DNA of 64,000 nt from contig CANHMF010000001.1 of assembly GCA_947461705.1 (NCBI GenBank), positions 388 through 64,387 on the forward strand, given 5' to 3'. The translations under genes were made by a program, and so were the position numbers. Below the pieces are notes generated by a model. That model saw nothing but the letters and a program-made list of their open reading frames with translations. It did not search any database and had not been told where the DNA came from. Of this stretch, positions 11,616 to 21,323 are shown in pieces. Source of the stretch: Synechococcaceae cyanobacterium. Lineage in GTDB: Bacteria; Cyanobacteriota; Cyanobacteriia; PCC-6307; Cyanobiaceae. Positions within the stretch are counted from its first letter, which is position 1; each line of letters begins with the position of its first letter.

Positions 11616-12053
11616 TCACTTGCCTCCGCCGAATCCAAATCCGCTGCCGCTGGCGGGTTTGTCCTGCTTGGGTTTCTCCTGAACCGCTTGCTGTTCCTGG
11701 CTCCGGCAGATCACCAGCAGATCCTGGGCTGGCTTGATCAGGGCTTCGCGCCGTTCAAAGCTGTTCACCACAGCCGGTTTGGATCGTTCGCGGATGCTCC
11801 ACACCAGGTCTTTGCAGATGGCGGGCAGGCGGGGGTGGTCCAGCAGTGGGTCGGCGAGGGCCCTGGAACGCTGGCAGGTGTCGTTGCTGTTCTCCCTGGC
11901 GCACCCCATGGCGGCCAACTGCACCTGCCGCAGGGTTTCCTGACTGGGAAACGGCACATACACCTCAGCCCTCGCCGTCAGGCCACTGCCCAGCAGCAGC
12001 GCAGCGCTGGCCACCAGCTGCGGCCAGGGGCGGGAAGCGCGGGGGGCGGTCAT
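11616..12053 (-). CDS. Conserved secreted hypothetical protein
   Basis: C-terminal part of track ORF 11616..12752; signal peptide then CAREN...C...ADPLLDHPRLPAICKD; start could be 12080. Confidence 0.7.
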   Translation of the reverse strand: MTAPRASRPWPQLVASAALLLGSGLTARAEVYVPFPSQETLRQVQLAAMGCARENSNDTCQRSRALADPLLDHPRLPAICKDLVWSIRERSKPAVVNSFERREALIKPAQDLLVICRSQEQQAVQEKPKQDKPASGSGFGFGGGK

Positions 12054-12076
12054 GGGCGGTTGCCGGCGTGTTCCCA

Positions 12077-13486
12077 TCATTGCCGCAGAACCCCGCTGCC
12101 GCAGAGCCGCCTTCCCTGATCCAGTTTGCGCTGGAGTCGTTGATTCAGTCCGAGATCGGCGCCTCGCCACAGCCGATCCATCTCCCGCGTGAAGTGGGCC
12201 GCCAGCAGGGGTGAGTCGATCAGCAGCAACACCTCGTCGTTCTGGTGGGCAGCACTGGGGCTCCAGTTGAAGGAGCCAGAGATCACGGTGCGGTTGTCGA
12301 TCACCGCCAGCTTGTGATGGAGCTTGTCTCCTCCTGCAAGCCGCGGGATGCCCACACCTTCCAGGGGGGTCTGGAGGGGTTTGTTGCCGGCCTCCAGCAG
12401 GCAGTCGCGATCGGGCAGGGAGGCCCCCAGCAGGTCCAGCACTTCCGAGAAGGGGCGGCTGGCGAAGCCAGGATCCGCCAGCAACCGAATCGCCACGCCA
12501 CGGCCCTGGAGCTCGGCGATCACCTCGGTGAGGCTCTGGGCCGAGAACACGAACAGGGCCAGATCCACCCGCTGGCGGGCCTCTGCCAGGGTGCTGGCCA
12601 GCAGCATCAGGCCCTGGTTGGGGTCGTCGCGCCGGTGCGGGGCGAACAGCACCTGCACCCGTTGTCCTCCCACCGTCACGGCCTGGGCCCCGCCGGAGGC
12701 CTTGGCCTGGCCAAAGCGGCTGTCGGCTGCCCCGCCGGGGCCATCGCCCCACATCCGCGCGAAATTCTCGGCGAACAGCTGGGCCAGCTCAGTACTCTCC
12801 AGGCGCAGCAGGTGATTCACGTTGCCCCGGGTGCGGGGATTGTCGGGATCGCCGTGGATGCAGGACGGTGTGAAGTTGGTGGAGCCGGTCACCACCACCT
12901 GCCGGTCGGCCACCAGGTATTTCGAGTGCATCAGGCCGCTGCCGGCGCTGCCGTCTGCGGTGTCATCCAGCAGTGGCACGCCCGCCCGTTGCAGGATCCC
13001 GACGGCATCACCCTGTTCTCGCTCGCTGGTGCTGAGCTGGCCATCGTGGTTCCGATCAGCCAGCGCCCTCACCTGATGGTGCCGGTGGCGCAGGTGCGGG
13101 CTGAGCTCGGCTTCGTGCTGCTGGCTCCATGGGGTGCTGTAGGTGTTCTCCAGCACCACCTGCACCCGCACCCCGGAGCGGTGTTTGGCGGCCAGGGCTT
13201 CCGCCACCCGTGGCAGAGAGAGCTCCTGCACCGCCACCAGCAGTTCCTGCTGGGCTCCGGCGATGGCCTCCAGCACCAGCGCTTCGAGATCGTCGCCGCT
13301 GCGCCGTTGTCCGCTGATCGGGCTGCGGTAAGCCGCCTCCGCCCGATGGTTGAACGCCACCCTGATGCCCTCGGGCATGGGCAGCTCGGCGGCCTTGCGG
13401 CCCAGCAGCTGGCCTGGAGCGGTGCAGCCCTGCAGAGCGGACAACACCACGGCCAGTGCCAGGGCTTTGTTGCATCGGTGCCCCAT
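12077..13486 (-). CDS. Phospholipase D-family lipoprotein nuclease (cyanobacterial ComA-like)
   Basis: Two HKD motifs (MHSKYLVAD...GSTNFT; LHHKLAVID...GSFNWS); lipobox LQGC. Confidence 0.88.
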   Translation of the reverse strand: MGHRCNKALALAVVLSALQGCTAPGQLLGRKAAELPMPEGIRVAFNHRAEAAYRSPISGQRRSGDDLEALVLEAIAGAQQELLVAVQELSLPRVAEALAAKHRSGVRVQVVLENTYSTPWSQQHEAELSPHLRHRHHQVRALADRNHDGQLSTSEREQGDAVGILQRAGVPLLDDTADGSAGSGLMHSKYLVADRQVVVTGSTNFTPSCIHGDPDNPRTRGNVNHLLRLESTELAQLFAENFARMWGDGPGGAADSRFGQAKASGGAQAVTVGGQRVQVLFAPHRRDDPNQGLMLLASTLAEARQRVDLALFVFSAQSLTEVIAELQGRGVAIRLLADPGFASRPFSEVLDLLGASLPDRDCLLEAGNKPLQTPLEGVGIPRLAGGDKLHHKLAVIDNRTVISGSFNWSPSAAHQNDEVLLLIDSPLLAAHFTREMDRLWRGADLGLNQRLQRKLDQGRRLCGSGVLRQ

Positions 13487-13547
13487 CAGCTCTGCCAGCT
13501 CTGGGCTGAGGGTTCCCCACTGGGGGACGACTAAGACACCAGTGGGC

Positions 13548-13748
13548 TTAGGGGTGTTCCGGCAGCTCCGATGTGCTGAGCATGGCCACCATCCAGATGC
13601 TGCTTAGAACCACCGCAGCAAGAACGCCCGCCCCGACGCTCACCCGCACCATCAGCAGCGGCACCACCAGCGGCACCAGCAGGCTGCCGATCAGGGGGGT
13701 GAAAGCCACGATGGGCTTGGCCACCGTGGGGGGAAGCAGGCTAGCCAT
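13548..13748 (-). CDS. Small 2-TM hypothetical protein
   Basis: 66 aa hydrophobic ORF, ATG 10 nt after upstream stop. Confidence 0.65.
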   Translation of the reverse strand: MASLLPPTVAKPIVAFTPLIGSLLVPLVVPLLMVRVSVGAGVLAAVVLSSIWMVAMLSTSELPEHP

Positions 13749-13757
13749 GGGCTCAGG

Positions 13758-14810
13758 TCAGAACCATTCGGCTACAGCCTGGTCACTGGGGTTGCTGTTG
13801 TCTTCCGGTGTGTTGCGATCGAACTGAAGCGTGATGTTGCGCTTCTGTTCCCCATCGGCGGCCACGGCTTCGATGGCATACACCTGTTGACCATCTCGGA
13901 AGGGCACCTGGATGCGGAAGGTGCCGTCGCTGGAGAGGGGCACGTCCTCCCCGCCGATGCTGAGCTTGGCGGAGGGATCGGTGGCGCCGTAGACAATCAG
14001 TTCGGCATCGGCCACGAGCCAGAAGGACCGCTGCCGTGGGCTCACGCCGCCAGCCCCCGATTCGTTGCGGCCACTGGCCCAGAGCCCCGCACCCGAAGGG
14101 TTGAGGCCAGCGGCTTCAGCCTGTTCCAGCTCGTGGAAGGCTTCCGAGCCCCGGCCCAGGCGGCGCCAGCCCATGGTGGCGGTCTGGTAGAGCCGCTCGT
14201 GCAGGCCGTTGTCGCCGCTGGTTACGGGCTCGGCCAGGGGAGCGGGTGCAGGCGGGGTATCCAGGGAGAACGGTACGAACTGATCGAGGATCTGTTCGCT
14301 GGGGTGCAGGGCGGGAACGCGGGCCACGGAGGAGCTCGCCAGGAAGATCCAGCCGCCCCCGGCTTTGCGGTAGCCCAGCTCCACGCGGTAGTCGCGGTCA
14401 CTCAGGGGCACCGGCAGATACCACTCGGTGGCATGGCTATCCACCACCACCTCCTGCAGGGTGTGGGGGTGGCTGCCGCCCTGGCTGAGGCCGGTCACGT
14501 CGGCCACGCGAAGGCAGAGTTGGGTGGCTCCCGCCTTGAGAGCCTGTTGGCGATCGCTGTCGGAAATCTCCCAGAACACGTAGGCCCATTGCGGATCTCG
14601 GGGCAGAAACACCACGCGGGTGTCGCCCTCGGGCCTGGTGGGGGCCGCCAGAGTTGATTCCAGGTTCTCCAGGTTGGGCTGGCGCTTGCTGATGGCGCTC
14701 AGCAGTTCTTCCTTGGATTTGCGGCTGTAGAGGCTCACGCCCACGTCACTCGCCACTTGACGCAGTTGACGCAGGGTCATCCGGGCAAGCGATGACAGGG
14801 TCTGGCTCAC
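13758..14810 (-). CDS. DUF4912 protein with Rho N-terminal-like domain
   Basis: GTG start with GGAG upstream; MTLRQLRQVA...KEELL, LPRDPQWAYVFWE, FWLVADAELIVYGAT. Confidence 0.88.
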   Translation of the reverse strand: MSQTLSSLARMTLRQLRQVASDVGVSLYSRKSKEELLSAISKRQPNLENLESTLAAPTRPEGDTRVVFLPRDPQWAYVFWEISDSDRQQALKAGATQLCLRVADVTGLSQGGSHPHTLQEVVVDSHATEWYLPVPLSDRDYRVELGYRKAGGGWIFLASSSVARVPALHPSEQILDQFVPFSLDTPPAPAPLAEPVTSGDNGLHERLYQTATMGWRRLGRGSEAFHELEQAEAAGLNPSGAGLWASGRNESGAGGVSPRQRSFWLVADAELIVYGATDPSAKLSIGGEDVPLSSDGTFRIQVPFRDGQQVYAIEAVAADGEQKRNITLQFDRNTPEDNSNPSDQAVAEWF

Positions 14811-14917
14811 AGCTCCTCCGGATTCCTTTGGGATCAGTCTGACAACTCTCACCGCTTCCCCCGCGTTTTGGCGTCTGCCGTCAGCATCCCGTGACTGCTG
14901 CATCTGGGCTGGGACAC

Positions 14918-14942
14918 AAAAAACGGCGGGTTGCCCCGCCGT
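14918..14942 (-). terminator. Terminator of cpcG
   Basis: ACGGCGGG-TTGC-CCCGCCGT hairpin with A run on + strand (U tract on -). Confidence 0.8.
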
Positions 14943-14967
14943 CTTGGAACCCAGTGAAGGGGGTGCC

Positions 14968-15729
14968 TCAGCGACCCACGCTGCGGTAGGGCACCTTGGC
15001 CATGTAATCCATGCTGGCGTTGCCGCCGGCTCCGCCACGGCTGCGCATGGCGGGCAGGCTGCGCACCCAGGGGAGGTAGTCCTGGGGGAAGCCGCCACGA
15101 CGCTGCATGGAGCGCTCGGGGATGGTGCGGGCCGTTCCGGTGTAGACGATCTGGGGGAAGCCCAGGATGCCCCGGTAGTAGGCGTCGTAGCGGGGGCTGG
15201 TGATATTGAAGGGGGTCTCACCCAGGTCACGGCTGCCCACCACCCGATTGCGGTGGTAGGGAACGGTGTCGTACCCGAAGGCATCGAGGTACTCCTGGGA
15301 ATCCAGGATGTCGTCCACCATGCCCTTGACACCGCGGGTCATCAGGACGGCAGACCAGGCGATCTCTTCAGCCTTGCCGTGGGTGGGGCGGCCCAGCAGT
15401 TTCTCCACCAGGTGGCGGGCCACCTTGTAGTTGCTGTTCAGCGTGTAGAAGCTGCGGTTGAAGGTGTCCGACAGGCAGAGGGAGCGGATGAAGTCGCGCA
15501 CCGTGATCTGGCCGTTGCGCACCTGGCTTTCCAGGGTGCGGTCGCGATCCACCTTGAAGGCGTGGAAGAAGATCTGGCGGTAGGCCGCCTCAATCACGAA
15601 GTTCTGGTCTTCGCGGTCCATGGCCTTGTCCATGGCCACAGCTTTGGGATCCTCATCCGAACCCACCCGCAGGGCGTCCACACGGGAGTTCTGCGTGATT
15701 GGCGCGTACTTCAGGAGAGGAAGGGCCAC
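14968..15729 (-). CDS. cpcG: Phycobilisome rod-core linker CpcG
   Basis: MALPLLKYAP.TQN.RV, IEAAYRQIF, LESQ.RNGQITVRDFIR; hydrophilic C-terminus (not CpcL). Confidence 0.95.
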   Translation of the reverse strand: MALPLLKYAPITQNSRVDALRVGSDEDPKAVAMDKAMDREDQNFVIEAAYRQIFFHAFKVDRDRTLESQVRNGQITVRDFIRSLCLSDTFNRSFYTLNSNYKVARHLVEKLLGRPTHGKAEEIAWSAVLMTRGVKGMVDDILDSQEYLDAFGYDTVPYHRNRVVGSRDLGETPFNITSPRYDAYYRGILGFPQIVYTGTARTIPERSMQRRGGFPQDYLPWVRSLPAMRSRGGAGGNASMDYMAKVPYRSVGR

Positions 15730-15834
15730 TCGAACTTCGGCATCCGTCGTGGCTGATCGTAGAAGTGAAGCCAGGCCTGGGCTGACCGCCCTGAGTGAGG
15801 GCTCACAGTCCGTAACGTTCCCTACCGGCGTCAG

Positions 15835-16485
15835 TCACCACCCCAGCAGGGAGAGGGACGGCCCAGGCGCGTGGCTGCTGCGCTGGCGTTTCCCGTCGCC
15901 GTCCCTTGCGGTGCTGCTGTCATCGCAGCGGGTCTCGATGCAGAAGGAGGCGGTGTTGGACAGGCCCTCCACCGTGCTGCTGCGCAGGCGCACGTTGGGG
16001 CCGGCGAAGGAGAACCGTTCCCAGGAGCTCATCGTCTCGTAGTCGGTGGTGAGCAGCAGGCCGTCGTGGTCATCCATGCGGAAGTGCCCCGCCACCGGAG
16101 CGGTTTCGGCGTAGCCGCGGTCACGTAGCAGCAGCCCCTCGCGGCCCCGCTGATCGGTGGGGATGAGGCCAAACACGCTCTCGCCTTCGTGGGCCTCACC
16201 GGCCTTGTCCCAGGCCATCGAGCCGCTCCAGCGCACGCGGCAGCCGCCCACCAGGCCCTGGGGATCCTGCTGGTGCAGGGCGGCGATGGCCTGGAGGCGC
16301 TCATCGCTCAGCCCCAGCTCTTCCACCACGATCAGCGAACCGCCGGCCTCGGCGCGGCGGTGCAGCAGGTGGTGGCTGCTGCGCTGGGAGCGCCAGCGGC
16401 CGCAGCTCAGCCGGAAAAAGCTGATGGCGTCGGCGATGGGGAGGCTCACGGACCCGAGGCAGTTGCAGCGATGATCGCAAGTCAA
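15835..16485 (-). CDS. cpcS: Phycobiliprotein lyase CpcS (S/U family); start may be about 16449
   Basis: FFRLSCGRWRSQRSSHHL, GLLLRDRGYAE, ASFCIETR; next to cpcG. Confidence 0.88.
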   Translation of the reverse strand: MTCDHRCNCLGSVSLPIADAISFFRLSCGRWRSQRSSHHLLHRRAEAGGSLIVVEELGLSDERLQAIAALHQQDPQGLVGGCRVRWSGSMAWDKAGEAHEGESVFGLIPTDQRGREGLLLRDRGYAETAPVAGHFRMDDHDGLLLTTDYETMSSWERFSFAGPNVRLRSSTVEGLSNTASFCIETRCDDSSTARDGDGKRQRSSHAPGPSLSLLGW

Positions 16486-17400
16486 CGCCGTTTCCGGAGC
16501 ACCGTGCTGCCTGGAGCCCTGGCGGCCCTGGCCGCGGCCCTCTGCTGGACCCTCTCCAGCAGTGCCTGGCGTCGACTGCCCACCTCCCTCTCCGCCGGCC
16601 AGCTCAACCTGCTGAAGAACTGGTTGGCGCTGGCTCTGCAGGCCCCGTTGCTGCTGCTCTTGCCCTGGACGGCTGGGTCCGGAACGGGCACCACCCTGGG
16701 GTTGCTCATGCTCAGCGGTGTGCTCGGCATCGCCCTGGGGGACAGCCTCTATTTCGCGGCCCTGCGTCGTCTGGGAACCCGCCGCACGCTCACCCTTGAT
16801 GCCGGTGGTCCGGCGGTGACCGCCGTGGCTGGTGCCCTGTGGCTGGCCGAGTGGCCCACATCCTTCCAGTGGCTTGGGGTGGGCCTGATCACGGTGGCGG
16901 TGCTGTTGGTGGCGAGCCAGAAGTCCTCCCTACAGGCCCCGCTGGCCGCCGGGGTTGGGCAGCAGGCCCTGGGGGTGGCCCTGGCCCTGGGAGCCCTGTG
17001 CTGTGGCAGTGGCGGAGCCCTGTTGGCTCGCGCTGCGCTGCGGAGCGACGGTCTCGACCCTCTTCAGTCCGCCAGCGTGCGGCTGGCGGCGGCGGCCGTG
17101 GTGCTGCTGCCCCTGGTGCGGGGCATGCCCTGGGGCGCTCAGCGGCCTCGTCCGGCCCAACGGCGTTGGCCCCTGTGGTTGCTGGCCACCTTGCTGGGAA
17201 CCAGTGCCGGCATTGCCCTGCAGCAGATGGCCCTGCAGCGGCTCCCAGGGGCGTTGGCGGTGGCCCTGCTGGCCACGGCGCCGGTGATGGCGCTGCCGTT
17301 GGCGGGCTTGGAGGGGGATCGACCCGGTTGGGTCGGCGTGTTCGCCGCCCTGCTGGCCCTCGCCGGCGTCAGTTGTGTGGTGGGAGTGCTGGCGCGTTGA
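16471..17400 (+). CDS. DMT/EamA family transporter
   Basis: About 10 TM; SGVLGIALGDSLYFAALRRLG; start uncertain. Confidence 0.85.
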   Translation: MIASQRRFRSTVLPGALAALAAALCWTLSSSAWRRLPTSLSAGQLNLLKNWLALALQAPLLLLLPWTAGSGTGTTLGLLMLSGVLGIALGDSLYFAALRRLGTRRTLTLDAGGPAVTAVAGALWLAEWPTSFQWLGVGLITVAVLLVASQKSSLQAPLAAGVGQQALGVALALGALCCGSGGALLARAALRSDGLDPLQSASVRLAAAAVVLLPLVRGMPWGAQRPRPAQRRWPLWLLATLLGTSAGIALQQMALQRLPGALAVALLATAPVMALPLAGLEGDRPGWVGVFAALLALAGVSCVVGVLAR

Positions 17401-17743
17401 GCGCAGTGAGGCGGGCGTCGGCCTGGGCCCGTCCCCAGCGCACGAGATCGGCCATGTCCAAAGCCAGGGGGGGCTTGCGCAGACCTGCGCCGATCGCCTC
17501 CAGCTGCACAGCCGCCTTGGCTAGCTGCTCCACCAGCACCGGAATAAAGCTGGGATCACCGGCCAGGTTGGGCTGCTGCACAGCCCAGGCCTGCAGGCAG
17601 TCCTGGTTCGGCAGGGGGGCCTGGGGACTGGCGGCCGCCTGCTGCAAGCAGCGCAGACTATGGGCCAGCAGCCGCAGGTGATGGCGTTCGAGGGCGGGCA
17701 GCAGGCTGCTCTCCAGCTCCTGCAGATCGGCCTCGCTCAGCAC
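17369..17743 (-). CDS. Conserved hypothetical protein downstream of sufR
   Basis: GTG start overlapping sufR end; LSEADL.ELE..LLPALERHHLRLLAH.LR. Confidence 0.7.
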   Translation of the reverse strand: MLSEADLQELESSLLPALERHHLRLLAHSLRCLQQAAASPQAPLPNQDCLQAWAVQQPNLAGDPSFIPVLVEQLAKAAVQLEAIGAGLRKPPLALDMADLVRWGRAQADARLTALNAPALPPHN

Positions 17744-18372
17744 GGGATCAGGCGGAAGCCACAGGAGTGCCCCCCCTCCAGCAGCCAGTGCACCCGTTCC
17801 ACCTGGCAGTCGGGGAAGGTGTGGCGAATCAGCTGGAGTTCCTGGTCGCAGACGCAGGGGAACTGCTCGGCGATCTTCATGACCGAGCAGTGGTATTCGC
17901 TGATGATCCAGCCTGCGCCGTCCGGGTCTGGGCGACATTCGGCCACATAGCCCTCGCGGCGGCGCAATTCCACGAGCTGCTCGAGGCGCTGTTGCAGGCC
18001 CCCCTGGCCGATCTGGCTGCGGTAGTCCGCGGCTTTGTCGGCGGCCTGCTGCCGGAGCAGCTGGTCCACCATCTCGGAGGGCAGGCTGCTGGCCATGGAG
18101 CTGAGCAGCCCCAGGGCGAAGTGGTCGCTGCCGTCCGGGAATTGGGATCGCCCCTTGCTGGTGAGATGCCAGCGATTGCTTGGCCTGCCAGGCCCCTCGG
18201 CTGCAGGGCAGGCCTCCACCAGGCCATCGTCCTGCAGGGAGCGCAGATGGCGGCGCATCACCTGCACAGACACCTCCAGCTGATCAGCCAACTGCCCAGC
18301 CGTGACTTCGCCCTGGCGGAGCATCAGGGTGAGCGCGGCTTCGCGGGTGGGTGCCTGGGTGGAGGCGCTCAT
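17737..18372 (-). CDS. sufR: Fe-S cluster transcriptional regulator SufR
   Basis: N-terminal HTH, GPGRP, EGYVAE, EYHCS...CDQEL...HSCGF Cys ligands; divergent from suf operon. Confidence 0.93.
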   Translation of the reverse strand: MSASTQAPTREAALTLMLRQGEVTAGQLADQLEVSVQVMRRHLRSLQDDGLVEACPAAEGPGRPSNRWHLTSKGRSQFPDGSDHFALGLLSSMASSLPSEMVDQLLRQQAADKAADYRSQIGQGGLQQRLEQLVELRRREGYVAECRPDPDGAGWIISEYHCSVMKIAEQFPCVCDQELQLIRHTFPDCQVERVHWLLEGGHSCGFRLIPC

Positions 18373-18559
18373 GGCGACGTCCGTACCCCTACACCATGCC
18401 ATGTCAAATCAGCCACTGGGGTTCAGGTGGGCGTTGCGTCGGGATTCAGGTACGGGTCTGCACCAGTGGGTTGGGGCGACGGTGGGCGGCCTGGGCCAGT
18501 CACGCGCCACAATGGCTCCTCAACGCCCCAGCCCTGCCGCCGGGTGCCCTATGGTCGAC

Positions 18560-18583
18560 TTACGAAACCCTGGAGTTTCGTAA
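18560..18583. promoter_or_regulatory. Putative SufR operator palindrome
   Basis: TTACGAAAC-N6-GTTTCGTAA between sufR and ftrC/sufB; same N6 spacing as the CAAC-N6-GTTG SufR box. Confidence 0.7.
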
Positions 18584-18655
18584 TGGTCGATTCGCTCAGG
18601 TGCTGCCTCCTGGCCGAGGTGCCCCTGCTGTTCCCTTCACCTCGTACCTGCGCTC

Positions 18656-19009
18656 ATGTCTGACGCCCCCAGCCCTTCAGCCAGCGACAGCCTTGAGGTG
18701 ATCCGCAAGTTTGCTGAGACCTACGCCCAGCGGACCGGCACGTATTTCTGCAGCGATCCCGGGGTCACGGCTGTGGTGCTGGAGGGCTTGGCTCGTCACA
18801 AGGATGAGTTGGGTGGGGCGCTCTGCCCCTGTCGCCATTACGAGGACAAGGAGGCTGAGGTGTCTCAGGCCTTCTGGAACTGCCCCTGTGTGCCGATGCG
18901 TGAGCGCAAGGAGTGCCATTGCATGTTGTTCCTCACCGACGAGAACCCTTTCCGCGGTGAGAAGCAGACCATCACGCTTGAAGAAGTCAAAGCCCTTACT
19001 GCCGGCTGA
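18656..19009 (+). CDS. ftrC: Ferredoxin-thioredoxin reductase catalytic subunit
   Basis: [22 protein letters not shown]. Confidence 0.96.
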   Translation: MSDAPSPSASDSLEVIRKFAETYAQRTGTYFCSDPGVTAVVLEGLARHKDELGGALCPCRHYEDKEAEVSQAFWNCPCVPMRERKECHCMLFLTDENPFRGEKQTITLEEVKALTAG

Positions 19010-19020
19010 CGGCGAATCCG

Positions 19021-20463
19021 ATGAGCACTGCACAGGCCGTTGGTGATCTGGTGAGTCAGCCGTACAAGTACGGCTTTGTTACCGATATCGAAACCGAAAA
19101 GATCGCCAAGGGCCTCAGTGAGGACGTGGTGCGTCTGATCTCCAGTAAGAAGCAGGAGCCAGCATTCCTATTGGAGTTCCGCCTGCGTGCCTATCGGCAG
19201 TGGTTGCAGATGCAGGAACCCGACTGGGCAACCCTGGGCTACCCGCCGATTGATTATCAGGACATCATTTACTACGCGGCTCCCAAGCAGCAGGACAAGA
19301 AAGCCAGCCTCGACGAGGTGGATCCCAAGCTGCTCGAGACCTTTGACAAGCTGGGTATTCCTCTGAGTGAGCAGAAGCGCCTCTCCAATGTTGCCGTGGA
19401 CGCCGTTTTCGACAGCGTTTCGATTGCAACGACCTACAAGGAGAAGCTGGCTGAGCATGGCGTGATTTTCTGCTCCATCAGTGAGGCGGTCAAGGAGCAC
19501 CCTGAGCTGATCGAGCGTTATCTCGGTACCGTGGTGCCGATGAACGACAATTACTTTGCGGCGTTGAACTCGGCGGTGTTCAGCGACGGATCCTTTGTGT
19601 TCATCCCCAAGGGTGTGGACTGCCCGATGGAGCTGTCCACCTACTTCCGCATTAACTCCGGTGATACCGGTCAGTTTGAGCGCACTCTGATCGTGGCTGA
19701 AGAGGGGGCGTCTGTCAGCTATCTGGAGGGGTGCACGGCTCCGATGTTCGATACCAACCAGCTGCATGCGGCGGTGGTGGAGTTGGTGACTCTCGATGAT
19801 GCTTCGATTAAGTACTCAACCGTCCAGAATTGGTACGCCGGAGATGAGAACGGTGTGGGTGGCATCTACAACTTTGTGACCAAACGCGGTCAGTGCCGCG
19901 GTGACCGCAGCAAGATCAGCTGGACCCAGGTGGAAACCGGCTCCGCGATCACCTGGAAGTATCCCAGTTGTGTACTGCAAGGTGCTGAATCAGTGGGTGA
20001 GTTCTATTCCGTGGCGCTCACTAATCATCGGCAGCAGGCGGATACTGGCACCAAGATGATCCATGTGGGTCCGCGCACCCGCTCCACGATTGTGAGCAAG
20101 GGCATCAGTGCCGGTCATTCTGCCAATAGTTATCGCGGCCTGGTCCAGATGGGGCCGAAGGCGGTGGGCGCGAAGAATTACAGCCAGTGCGATTCGATGT
20201 TGATCGGTGATCAGGCCGCCGCCAACACTTATCCCTACATTCGTTCCCAGCAACCCCAAGCGGCTGTCGAGCACGAGGCGAGCACCTGCCGCATTTCTGA
20301 AGATCAGTTGTTCTATCTCCAGAGCCGTGGCATTGGCTTTGAGGAGGCTGTCTCGATGATGGTGAGCGGCTTCTGCCGCGACGTTTTCAATCAACTCCCC
20401 ATGGAGTTTGCCGCTGAGGCCGATAAGCTTCTGGCCCTGAAGTTAGAAGGCTCTGTGGGCTAG
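19021..20463 (+). CDS. sufB: Fe-S assembly protein SufB
   Basis: [32 protein letters not shown]. Confidence 0.97.
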   Translation: MSTAQAVGDLVSQPYKYGFVTDIETEKIAKGLSEDVVRLISSKKQEPAFLLEFRLRAYRQWLQMQEPDWATLGYPPIDYQDIIYYAAPKQQDKKASLDEVDPKLLETFDKLGIPLSEQKRLSNVAVDAVFDSVSIATTYKEKLAEHGVIFCSISEAVKEHPELIERYLGTVVPMNDNYFAALNSAVFSDGSFVFIPKGVDCPMELSTYFRINSGDTGQFERTLIVAEEGASVSYLEGCTAPMFDTNQLHAAVVELVTLDDASIKYSTVQNWYAGDENGVGGIYNFVTKRGQCRGDRSKISWTQVETGSAITWKYPSCVLQGAESVGEFYSVALTNHRQQADTGTKMIHVGPRTRSTIVSKGISAGHSANSYRGLVQMGPKAVGAKNYSQCDSMLIGDQAAANTYPYIRSQQPQAAVEHEASTCRISEDQLFYLQSRGIGFEEAVSMMVSGFCRDVFNQLPMEFAAEADKLLALKLEGSVG

Positions 20464-20519
20464 GTCCCGCGCCGTCTTCTGGCTCCCGCTCGGTTCGTTT
20501 TCCCTTTCATTTCCCACCT

Positions 20520-21323
20520 GTGATTCGCCCTGACGCCCCCGTTTTGCTTGAGATCAAGGATCTCCACGCCCGGGTTGAGGACAAGGCGATCCTCAAGGGC
20601 GTGAACCTCACGGTGCGCGCCGGTGAGATCCATGCCGTGATGGGCCGCAATGGCAGCGGGAAGAGCACCCTCTCCAAAGTGCTCGCCGGCCATCCGGCGT
20701 ACACCGTCACCGCTGGTGCCGTGTTTTATCGCGGCCAGGATCTGCTGGCTCTTGACCCTGAGCTGCGGGCCCGCATCGGCGTGTTCCTGGGGTTTCAGTA
20801 CCCAGTGGAGATCCCTGGGGTGAGCAACCTGGAATTCCTGCGCGTGGCCACCAATGCCCGCCGCGCCGAACAGGGAGCCGAAGAGCTGGACACGTTTGCC
20901 TTCGAAGATCTGGTTCGCGAGCGCCTCAAGGTGGTGCAGATGGATCCGGCCTTTCTCGATCGCAGCGTGAATGAGGGCTTCAGCGGTGGAGAAAAGAAGC
21001 GCAACGAGATTCTCCAGATGGCTCTCCTCGAGCCTCTTGTGGCGATCCTGGATGAAACGGATTCAGGCCTGGATATCGATGCCCTGCGCATCGTGGCGGG
21101 AGGCGTGAATCAACTGGCCAACGCGGATAACGCCACGGTGCTGATCACCCACTACCAGCGCTTGCTCGATGCCATCACGCCCGATTATGTGCACGTGATG
21201 GCGGCGGGTCGCATCTTGCGTACGGGTGGCAAAGAGCTCGCCCTTGAACTGGAGGAGCGGGGTTACGACTGGGTGGATCAGGAGCTGGCCGCCCAGGTTC
21301 CCGTGCCCCTGGAGGTGGCCTGA
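20520..21323 (+). CDS. sufC: Fe-S assembly ATPase SufC
   Basis: [28 protein letters not shown]. Confidence 0.97.
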   Translation: MIRPDAPVLLEIKDLHARVEDKAILKGVNLTVRAGEIHAVMGRNGSGKSTLSKVLAGHPAYTVTAGAVFYRGQDLLALDPELRARIGVFLGFQYPVEIPGVSNLEFLRVATNARRAEQGAEELDTFAFEDLVRERLKVVQMDPAFLDRSVNEGFSGGEKKRNEILQMALLEPLVAILDETDSGLDIDALRIVAGGVNQLANADNATVLITHYQRLLDAITPDYVHVMAAGRILRTGGKELALELEERGYDWVDQELAAQVPVPLEVA

